A stretch of DNA of 64,000 nucleotides from the NCBI GenBank assembly GCA_031411295.1, contig JANOAV010000150.1, forward strand, positions 25,216-89,215, in the 5' to 3' direction. Both the position numbers and the translations under genes were made by a program. A model generated the notes under the pieces. It did no database searches. It was not told where the DNA came from and was given only the letters and a program-made list of their open reading frames with translations. The DNA is from Verrucomicrobiales bacterium. GTDB taxonomy: Bacteria; Verrucomicrobiota; Verrucomicrobiia; Verrucomicrobiales; V1-33. Of this stretch, positions 9,912-17,508 are shown in pieces. Positions within the stretch are counted from its first letter, which is position 1. Each line of letters opens with the position of its first letter.

Positions 9912-11066
9912 TCACGGCCGCACCGGCAACTGGGGAAGATGCCAGTCCCGATGGTAGGGCAAGGGAGTGGTGGCAGGCAGCGTGGCTCCGGGATTGTCCG
10001 CTTCCCAGTCCTGACATTGCTCAGCCGAGGCGTAGTATTTCAACCAGAGCAGCAGCGCTTCGTCCGGCCCTTGGTGCAGGCAATCGTGGTAACAGGCGGC
10101 CGTCTCCATCAGTTCCGGAATAATGACCTTTTGGTAAATTACCGATCGAGTCAATTCCTGGTATAATTCCTCGTCGCTAAGGTGATCCGTATGGACCACG
10201 TAAAAGTTCATCCGATTCAACTCATGCAACAGTTCCCAGAGCGCTGGGGCCACTGTCTCCTCCGTCAGTTCAGCCATCGGCAGCGGGGAGAAACCACGTT
10301 GCCGCAGGACATCGATGGGACGGAGAAAGGTCTCTTCATTCGTAGAAAATTCGACCGGGAAAGGATCCGACGTTTCACTGCTGCTGGAGGAAGTATCCTC
10401 GAATTCTCCGCCGAGGTCCTGCACCTGACTGCCGCGGTGGATTTCCCGATCCACGGCCGCCAACCCTAACGGATCGTCTTCCTCATCAAACTCGTCGTTC
10501 TCCTCGCTGGGGAAGGAAATAGTGTCGTCATCTCTGGATTCCGCTGCGGTGTCAAATTCCTCCATACTCATGGCAAACCCTGGCAATGGCCAAGACTTGG
10601 TGATCGGAGCGTGCGGTCGTGGCAGGTGTTGGTCGCGATGATATGGCAGCGCCTGGTGCAGTGGCAGGGTTTGCCCAGGGTGTTCCTGTTGCCACGTGGC
10701 GCGAGCGTCCTCGTCGGCATAATAACGCAAGGCCAGTCGTTCCGCCGTAGCCTTGCTGGTGCCGGACTCACTAACATCCACGTGGCAGTTCCATTCGGAA
10801 GCTGGCGGGAGATCCGCCGCCTGGCCCGGAAGCCAATTTTGCTCCAGCCAATTGTAAAACTCTCGATCACTCAGATGATCCGTGTGAAAAAAGAAAATGC
10901 GTTTCCCTGCCAGCGCATAGATCAACTCCCACAAGCGGCCCCGGAGTTCATACTTGCTAACCTGGGCGGACGGCACAGCCGTGAACCCTTGCTCGGCAAG
11001 CATTTCAGTGACGCCACGCCAAGGCGCGTCTTCGTAGGGGTTTTCGGGATCATCCTCGGGGGGCAT
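9912..11066 (-). CDS. Hypothetical protein with two copies of an unknown domain
   Basis: LWEL...HTDHLSD.E.Y...YYA...PYHRD.HLP occurs twice, separated by an acidic linker. Confidence 0.8.
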   Translation of the reverse strand: MPPEDDPENPYEDAPWRGVTEMLAEQGFTAVPSAQVSKYELRGRLWELIYALAGKRIFFFHTDHLSDREFYNWLEQNWLPGQAADLPPASEWNCHVDVSESGTSKATAERLALRYYADEDARATWQQEHPGQTLPLHQALPYHRDQHLPRPHAPITKSWPLPGFAMSMEEFDTAAESRDDDTISFPSEENDEFDEEDDPLGLAAVDREIHRGSQVQDLGGEFEDTSSSSSETSDPFPVEFSTNEETFLRPIDVLRQRGFSPLPMAELTEETVAPALWELLHELNRMNFYVVHTDHLSDEELYQELTRSVIYQKVIIPELMETAACYHDCLHQGPDEALLLWLKYYASAEQCQDWEADNPGATLPATTPLPYHRDWHLPQLPVRP

Positions 11067-11215
11067 AACCGTAGTCTGGGAAATTTTTTCGACTGGGGCA
11101 AGAGCGATTGTGAGAAATTCTGAAAATCAGGTAAATTATTGGACCGCCTGAAATTCCCCTTGCCTCGCAGCAAATCTCTTGAACGAGGGGAAGTCGTTCT
11201 CATAGAATCGGATCC

Positions 11216-11932
11216 ATGCAAAAACTCCAACGCCTCCTGCTTCGCAGCGCCACGATCTCGCGGGCGGGACTACCCGAACTGCTGCGGCAGGGACGCGTCC
11301 TGGTGGACGGGCAACCGGTGCTGGATCTGAATTTCCCCGTCACACGCTTCCACCGCATTATCCTGAATGGAGCGGTGATCCAGCAGGGCGAGCGGCCCCT
11401 TTATTTCATGGTGCACAAACCTGTCGGGCATGTTAGCGCCACCGTGGATCCAGAGCATCCCACGGTGGTTAGTTTAATCGCTGATCCAGACCGGGCGTGT
11501 TTGCACTTGGCCGGCCGACTGGATCGCAGCACCTCGGGCTTGGTTCTACTAACTAATGACGGAACGTGGTCCAAACGCATTACGATGGCGGAGACGCACG
11601 TTGCCAAGACTTACCGCGTCACCACCGAACGTGAGATTACGGAGGATACGGTGGCAGCGTTTGCCGCGGGATTTTATTTTCACACCGAGGACATTACCAC
11701 CCTGCCCGCGCGGTTGGAAATCCTCTCGGCACGCCAAGCCAGACTAACACTGCATGAGGGACGGTATCATCAAATCAAGCGGATGTTCCATCGGGTGCAG
11801 AATCGCGTGGTGCAACTCCACCGCGAGAGCATCGGTGGGCTGGCCCTACCCGCCGACCTGCCAGTGGGGAAAGGGCGGGAACTTTCGAGGGCGGAGCGAT
11901 TGGCAGTTTTCAACCCCATGAATCCTGCTTAA
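11216..11932 (+). CDS. rsuA: 16S rRNA pseudouridine(516) synthase, RsuA family
   Basis: S4-like N-terminus, HKPVG, AGRLDRSTSGLVLLTNDG, EGRYHQIKRMF. Confidence 0.88.
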   Translation: MQKLQRLLLRSATISRAGLPELLRQGRVLVDGQPVLDLNFPVTRFHRIILNGAVIQQGERPLYFMVHKPVGHVSATVDPEHPTVVSLIADPDRACLHLAGRLDRSTSGLVLLTNDGTWSKRITMAETHVAKTYRVTTEREITEDTVAAFAAGFYFHTEDITTLPARLEILSARQARLTLHEGRYHQIKRMFHRVQNRVVQLHRESIGGLALPADLPVGKGRELSRAERLAVFNPMNPA

Positions 11933-11940
11933 ATCACCTC

Positions 11941-12561
11941 GTGCACCCTATTCTACAATTCAGTCTAACCATGCTGGCCGCGCAATTTTCCCCCGGTCCA
12001 GACATGCTGCTTTTGCTCAAAGCCGCCGTCAATCATCCGCTTAAAGCCGGACTGCTGACCGTGCTGGGAATTGTCTGTGGCCTGGCCGTGCATTGTGTGA
12101 TCGGTGCGTTGGGATTGAGCGTCCTGCTCCGCACCAATCCCTGGACTTTCAAAGTGCTGTTGCTGCTGGGGGCCATCTATTTGGGCTGGCTAGGCTGTAA
12201 ATTACTGCTAAGTCTGCGACACCGCCCGGCTGCGGAGGATTTATCGGAAGGTCACAAAATCACCCCCACCGCAGCCTTTATGCAGGGGTTGGTCACAAAT
12301 CTAACCAACGTCAAAGCGTTCCTTTTTCTGACCAGTTTTCTCACTGCAGGTTTGCGAGACGACGCTTCCAGTCAACGGCGGTGGCTCCTCGTCGGCATCA
12401 TCCTCGGGCAGGCGCTCGTATTCTGGAGCCTGTTCCTTTGGTTACTCAAGCGGCCCCCGCTGCTGGCGGCCTATCAACGCCTGGAGCGCCCGCTGAATGC
12501 CGTGTTCGGAATCCTGCTGCTTGGTCTGACCACACAGATGTTGCTGGCCCTGCGTGATTAA
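11941..12561 (+). CDS. LysE/RhtB family translocator
   Basis: SPGPD, GAIYLGWLG, FMQGLVTNLTNVKA; hydrophobic. Confidence 0.9.
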   Translation: MHPILQFSLTMLAAQFSPGPDMLLLLKAAVNHPLKAGLLTVLGIVCGLAVHCVIGALGLSVLLRTNPWTFKVLLLLGAIYLGWLGCKLLLSLRHRPAAEDLSEGHKITPTAAFMQGLVTNLTNVKAFLFLTSFLTAGLRDDASSQRRWLLVGIILGQALVFWSLFLWLLKRPPLLAAYQRLERPLNAVFGILLLGLTTQMLLALRD

Positions 12562-12766
12562 ATGGCCCGATCCCGATTTAGCGTCTCGCATAACCGCCTG
12601 CACTGCGGAGAGCAAAAGGAAGCCCCCGCTCAATGCCCTTCTTTCTGGTATTCCTTCCAAGCCAGAATCCCCGTCACCACCATGGCCACGATGGCGACGT
12701 AATCCGTGGACGCACTGATGCTGCCGTCCCAGTCTAACTGAAGCTCCCAGAGGTTAAGCTTCAGGA

Positions 12767-12870
12767 TTCTCAGTCCTGAAAGGACGGCACATCAAAGCCC
12801 AAGGGTGCAGCGAAGCGTAACCCTGGGTATTCGTCACAATGAACCAAAAGCCCTGAAAGGGCGGGACACC
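12767..12870. repeat. REP/REPIN-like palindromic arm
   Basis: GTCCTGAAAGGAC, CCCAAGGGTGCAGCGAAGCGTAACCCTGGG and GCCCTGAAAGGGC hairpins; homologous to 16335-16435. Confidence 0.75.
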
Positions 12871-13046
12871 CCAAACACGCTGTCAACAGGTCCGTATGCG
12901 ACTTCTCAACTGTTTTGTCCTTCCGCCAGCCCTTTTTCCTCTCACCAAATATTTCTTGCCAGGAATAACCGTTTTGGGCATACTGCGCGCACCGGATCAC
13001 GGTATTTCACCCGACTCTCTAACCACTTCAACCTGCATGATGTCCC

Positions 13047-13346
13047 ATGTCTCCGCAGCACGACAGACGCCTAGCCAGCGAGTTTGCAGATCGGGTATGC
13101 GCGCAGTGGGCGGAGCAGTTCCGGGAGTTGTGTCGGGCCGCGGGCGTCAGCCAGTATAAGCTCTGGCAACGCAGTGGGGTCTCGCGCGACATGCTCAGCC
13201 GCGTGGCGGCGGGGAAGTGTTGTCCGGGGTTGCATGTCATGGCCCGCATCGCCTATGCGCTGGGGATACAGGAGGCAGATCTGCTGAAAGCCTTCCTGGC
13301 AAGTGCGAAGCCTGACTTAGACCAGAAATCCGCCCCTCATGCCTAA
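13047..13346 (+). CDS. XRE-family helix-turn-helix protein
   Basis: GVSQYKLWQRSGVSRDMLSRVAAGKCCPGLHVMARIAYALG. Confidence 0.8.
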   Translation: MSPQHDRRLASEFADRVCAQWAEQFRELCRAAGVSQYKLWQRSGVSRDMLSRVAAGKCCPGLHVMARIAYALGIQEADLLKAFLASAKPDLDQKSAPHA

Positions 13347-13678
13347 GCCCCACGTCAGCCTTGCAGGACTTGAGGAAATGAACCTGATGCCAGGAAACGG
13401 GAATCAAGGCACAGAGCAGCCTCAGCCAGTTCAGTTGTCACTCAAATGGAGTTTCATTTCCCGTTGTCATCATCTGCGGGCATCCGCGCGCATCTGATGG
13501 CAAATCGACAATAACGTTGACTATCACGCGCATTTGCGGCTAAATCCCGCCAAAATTCCGCTATGAAATCACAACCCTGCGCAAAAACCGGCAAATCTGT
13601 CGCCTATAAAGAAGCTCGGCAAAAATCGACACTTCTGTCGGTGATCAAGTAGTTGGCCAGAAAAAAACACCAATACAA

Positions 13679-14623
13679 ATGACACCGCAATCTTGGATAC
13701 CCATATACGGAGCACCTCCTGTCCTCAGCAAAGGTCAGCTAATTTTCAAGGGGGGCGTCCAGAAGGCCGAAGATCCGGAGGGCGAGCGCATCCTCATGGG
13801 ACTTTATATAACAAATGAAACATTCACAGGAGGCAAGGCACGATTTATTGTGAAATTTAAGGAAGCTGGGCCTGCCACCTGTGCAGAAATCGTAATTCGC
13901 TATGATCCTCTTACGCAGAATACGCTAAACGTGGGAATCCCCGCCCATGGATACAGTCTTTTCGGTGTTCGCGAGTGGCGGAACGGAAAATGGGAACAGA
14001 TCGTCGGCATAGGGCAGCGTGATACCCTTGAGGTAAATCGAGATTACGATGTATCAGTTTCGGTGAATGGGTCTATTTTAGCGTTATTTGTGGATGAAGT
14101 TGAGGTGGTAAGATGCAATTTACCAACTCCGTTTTCGCAGAGTCAGGTTGGTTTGTTCTTCATTGGAAAGTCTGACATTACGGTAAGAGAGTTTTCGGTT
14201 GAGAATCAGAAACCGAAGGCTTTCGTCGTCATGCGGTTTGGTGCTCCCTACAATGATGTTTACATGGAAGTGATTAAGTCGGTTTGCGAAGAGCTTGGCG
14301 TTGACGTATTGAGAATAGATGAATCCGTAGGCCCAGGTTTGATAGTGGCTGACATAAGTCGTGCCATACTTTCTTCCTCGCTCGTTATTGCCGACATTAC
14401 TCCGCTGAATGCCAATGTATTTTATGAAGTGGGCTATGCGCACGGTATTAATAAGCCCACTATTCTTATAGCCGAAAAGGGAACTAAGCTTCCATTTGAT
14501 GTTTCTCCATTTCGAACACTCTTTTACGAGAACTCAATTGCCGGAAAGACGAAACTAGATAACGGATTGCGTGAATACCTCAAGGCTGTGCTTAATACTA
14601 GAGGACAGAATAAACAAGGATAA
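13679..14623 (+). CDS. Lectin-like beta-sandwich fused to a nucleoside 2-deoxyribosyltransferase/TIR-like domain; probable gene cassette
   Basis: C-terminal KAFVVMRF..., VIADITPLNANVFYEVGYAHGINKPTILI, LPFDV; beta-rich N-terminus; AT-rich relative to flanks. Confidence 0.8.
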   Translation: MTPQSWIPIYGAPPVLSKGQLIFKGGVQKAEDPEGERILMGLYITNETFTGGKARFIVKFKEAGPATCAEIVIRYDPLTQNTLNVGIPAHGYSLFGVREWRNGKWEQIVGIGQRDTLEVNRDYDVSVSVNGSILALFVDEVEVVRCNLPTPFSQSQVGLFFIGKSDITVREFSVENQKPKAFVVMRFGAPYNDVYMEVIKSVCEELGVDVLRIDESVGPGLIVADISRAILSSSLVIADITPLNANVFYEVGYAHGINKPTILIAEKGTKLPFDVSPFRTLFYENSIAGKTKLDNGLREYLKAVLNTRGQNKQG

Positions 14624-14626
14624 TGA

Positions 14627-14684
14627 GGCTAACAAGGCAGTGGAGCCAACGAGCATGGCTGGCGGCTCGCTTTGAACGTCGGTC
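14627..14684 (+). other. Degenerate attC-like site
   Basis: GGCTAAC 3 nt after the stop, then AAGGCAGTGGAGCCAAC...GCGGCTCGCTTTGAACGTCGG; complementary GTTGGCC lies 27 nt before the gene start. Confidence 0.55.
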
Positions 14685-14889
14685 CCCTTCCGCGGCTATG
14701 ACTTTCTCGCAGAGGCGACAGCTACATGCTGGACCTAGCCATCGTTTCGTGGGGAGATCCACCAGCTAGGTTCGGCCATGGAGCTTTCCCTCTCAAACGC
14801 AGCCAAACTGAAAATGCAGCACGGGAACAATCGTGGCTATCATCATTATGCCTCCGTTAGAACGCCCGCAGGGTGGTGCCTGGGCTTAG

Positions 14890-14955
14890 CCATTCCCTTG
14901 CCATGGATTAACTCAACCAGTGCAGGAATGGCAAGGGAATGGTGGCAAGGGAATG
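14890..14955. repeat. Short inverted/tandem repeat
   Basis: CATTCCCTTGCCA followed by two copies of its reverse complement TGGCAAGGGAATG. Confidence 0.65.
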
Positions 14956-15190
14956 AATTGGAGCGGATTTGAACTCCGCCCCCCAGCCCCGCTCCGTGAG
15001 CGTCCGATATTTCGGACTAACGCTACGGACGGATGCGGGGGTAGGGTTCCCCCAGAATCCGTTTCCACCTACGATGAACGCCCTGCTCCCATCCTTCACA
15101 CCTTCTCTGGTTTCTGCCCAGGGGTCGGGCACGCGGATGGGCCAGGACGGGGAAAGGCTGCAGCGGCGGGGATTTTCCGTTGGGGAAATT

Positions 15191-15526
15191 CCTCATCCCC
15201 TTAAGGAAACGCCACATTTCCTTCACGAAATGCCGCATCCCCTCAAAGAAACACCACATTTCCTCCACGAAAGTCTCCATCCGCTCAAGGAAACGCCGGA
15301 TTTCCTTCACGAAATTCCGCATCCCCTCAAGGAAACACCGCATTTCCTCCACGAAATGCGCCATCCCCTCAAGGAAACGCCGCATTTCCTTCACGAAATG
15401 CCGCATCCGCTCAAGGGAACGCCGCATTTCCTTCACGAAATGCCGCATCCGCTCAAGGGAATGCCGCATCCGCTCAAGGGAATGCCGCATCCGCTTCAGG
15501 GGGTGGCTCATTCCCTCAACCTTTTA
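15191..15526 (+). repeat. Tandem array of about 16 x 21-nt units (alternating, 42-nt period)
   Basis: CCGCATCCSCTCAAGGAAACG alternating with CCGCATTTCCTYCACGAAATG; reads PHPLKET/PHFLHEM in an ORF from ATG 15074 to 15556. Confidence 0.95.
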
Positions 15527-15540
15527 CCCACACCATCACC

Positions 15541-16266
15541 ATGCCAACACCGTTAACTTGGGATACGCCGGGCCTCACATGGGACTCCGGGGCTACTTGG
15601 GACAGTGTTGCCACCACCAAACCCAAACACATGAATACCACCAAAGCCATTATCGACTTCAGCGACTACACTGCTGCGGAACTCGGCCCCATAGCCCATG
15701 CCATTCACGGGAAAATGACCGACAATGCCGCCACCTTCGCCACGCCCCCGCTCACGATGGCAGCCTTCCTAACCCAGATCACCACCTATGACCAGAAGCT
15801 GGTGGCCCGGGCCAGCAAGGCCACCTCGGATGTGCTGGCCTTCAATGAGGCCCGCACCATTCTGGAGAGCACTCTGGGCTCCATGGGCAACTACGTGAAC
15901 ACCGTGGCCAAGGGGGATGCCATGATCGTGGATAAAAGCGGCTTCCCGTTCTACGATACCGCCCGGACCGCCAACCCCGGTCCGCCCGCTGCCCCCACGG
16001 ATCTGCGCCTGAAGCATGGCGATGTGTCCGGCACCATCATTGCCCGCTATAAGCCAGACCGGCAAGGCAGCACGAACGAGCTGCAGTGCAACAGCGGAGA
16101 CCCGAACCACGAGGCGGACTGGTCCCAGCGCGGCATCTACCAAGGCGGTCGGGCGGAGATTACGGGCTGCCCGCCGGGAGGTATCATCTGGGTGCGTGTG
16201 CGCACGGTGGGGCTGAAGGGGGTGATGGGCGCGTGGAGTGATCCTGCGCAGATTCGGGTGATTTGA
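15541..16266 (+). CDS. Alpha-helical N-domain + fibronectin type III protein
   Basis: TWD-repeat leader, helical region, PAAPTDLRL...WVRVRTVG...GAWSDP FN3 signature. Confidence 0.8.
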   Translation: MPTPLTWDTPGLTWDSGATWDSVATTKPKHMNTTKAIIDFSDYTAAELGPIAHAIHGKMTDNAATFATPPLTMAAFLTQITTYDQKLVARASKATSDVLAFNEARTILESTLGSMGNYVNTVAKGDAMIVDKSGFPFYDTARTANPGPPAAPTDLRLKHGDVSGTIIARYKPDRQGSTNELQCNSGDPNHEADWSQRGIYQGGRAEITGCPPGGIIWVRVRTVGLKGVMGAWSDPAQIRVI

Positions 16267-16334
16267 GGAGAGTTATTTTGAGAGTTTAACGCATTCCGGC
16301 CGCAAAATCGGCAAATCATGGCAGTCCTCGATGG

Positions 16335-16594
16335 TTCTCAGTCCTGTAAGGACGCGACATCACAGCCCTGGGTGGAGCGTAGCGTAACCCAGGGTCGCTC
16401 CGCCAAGAACACAAAGCCCTAGCAGGGCGAGACACGGGCTCACGCATCCAACACGCTCGGTCTTGAGGCATTCGACTCGTGCCATGTCCCAATGTCTCGC
16501 CCTGACAGGGCTGGTGATTGTAGCTAACTGGAACCCTGGGTTACGCTACGCTTCACCCAGGGCTTTGATGTGTCGTCCTTACAGGACTTGAGGA
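16335..16594. repeat. REPIN-like long inverted repeat (about 260 bp)
   Basis: Arms TCAGTCCTGTAAGGACGCGACATCACAGCCCTGGGTGGAGCGTAGCGTAACCCAGGG / CCCTGGGTTACGCTACGCTTCACCCAGGGCTTTGATGTGTCGTCCTTACAGGACTTGA. Confidence 0.85.
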
Positions 16595-16615
16595 CTTGTA
16601 TTCAGCGGCTAGTAA

Positions 16616-16855
16616 CGTTATTCGCTCACGGATCAGGTGCGTCGATCTTCCCGCTCTGTGGCTGCCAATCTGGCGGAAGGCTGGAGGAAACGACGCTATG
16701 CCGCCGCCTTTGTCAGTAAATTAAACGATTCCGAAGGGGAAGCCGCCGAAACGCAAACTTGGCTCCAGTTTGCGGTCGAATGCGGATACCTCCCAGCCGA
16801 TACCACCCGCTCCCTTTATGCCGAATACGATGAAATCATCGCCATGCTAGTTCAA
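16616..16855 (+). pseudogene. 5'-truncated four-helix-bundle (23S rRNA IVP-like) protein
   Basis: RYSLTDQVRRSSRSVAANLAEGWRKRRY...SEGEAAETQTWL; preceded by in-frame TAA and the REPIN; no stop of its own, runs into the next gene. Confidence 0.8.
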
Positions 16856-16876
16856 ACTCCAAAACTCCAAAAAACC

Positions 16877-17308
16877 ATGCCCTTCACCCCCACCATCCCC
16901 GCCGCCGGCTCCCCGCTGGACTCTTCTGAGATTCGCAGTCAGTTCGTGGCATTGTTCGATCTTATTCAAAGCATCCCCGCTGGCCCCACTGGACCGGAGG
17001 GGCCACCGGGAACCCCTGGTCAGCCTTTCGCTCAAGCGGTGGTGGACGGCACCACTACCCTGGGGCCAGGAAACGCGGCGGCCGTGCAGGTGTTTTTCGA
17101 TGGGATCAACGTGCATTTCCAGTTCCAGATCCCGCAGGGCAATCCAGGAGAAGTCACCCAGGCGCAACTGGATAACTCCGTGCAGGGCGTGCTGAACAGC
17201 AGCAGTAATAACACCAACAGCGTGCCCACCCTGGACCCAGCGATGCCTGTGGACCTAACTATCCTGCGGGATAAGATGAACGAGCTGATCCTAGCGCTGC
17301 GTCGGTAG
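16877..17308 (+). CDS. Small protein with a short collagen-like G-X-Y stretch
   Basis: MPFTPTIPAAGSPLDSSEIRSQF...GPTGPEGPPGTPGQP...FQFQIPQG...KMNELILALRR; A-rich leader before the ATG. Confidence 0.7.
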   Translation: MPFTPTIPAAGSPLDSSEIRSQFVALFDLIQSIPAGPTGPEGPPGTPGQPFAQAVVDGTTTLGPGNAAAVQVFFDGINVHFQFQIPQGNPGEVTQAQLDNSVQGVLNSSSNNTNSVPTLDPAMPVDLTILRDKMNELILALRR

Positions 17309-17384
17309 GCGACTGCTAACGGTGGAGGAGGCGCCCTCGCCTCCAGTTCCATGCCCACGGAGCGAGGACGCTCCGGCCACTCTG

Positions 17385-17497
17385 TTAGATTCGTAAATCG
17401 TAGATCGTCATTCGTTATTCGTAAATTCTTCTCGCTGGGCGCGCGCGATTGCTCTGAATGACGAGTGACGATTGACGAATTACGATTTACGAATGGA
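17385..17497. repeat. Inverted blocks of heptamer repeats
   Basis: ATTCGTA AATCGTA GATCGTC ATTCGTT ... TGACGAG TGACGAT TGACGAA TTACGAT TTACGAA. Confidence 0.75.
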
Positions 17498-17508
17498 AAG
17501 GCCTCCCC

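Noticed and set aside
15191..15526. Possible CRISPR array
   Set aside because: Contiguous tandem units with no unique spacers; no cas genes in the window.
16616..16855. Four-helix bundle as the Avd of a diversity-generating retroelement
   Set aside because: No reverse transcriptase and no TR/VR pair with adenine-specific mismatches; the gene is truncated.
16637..17308. Genuine four-helix-bundle/collagen fusion protein
   Set aside because: More simply a truncated pseudogene that has lost its stop, in frame with a separate gene starting at ATG 16877.
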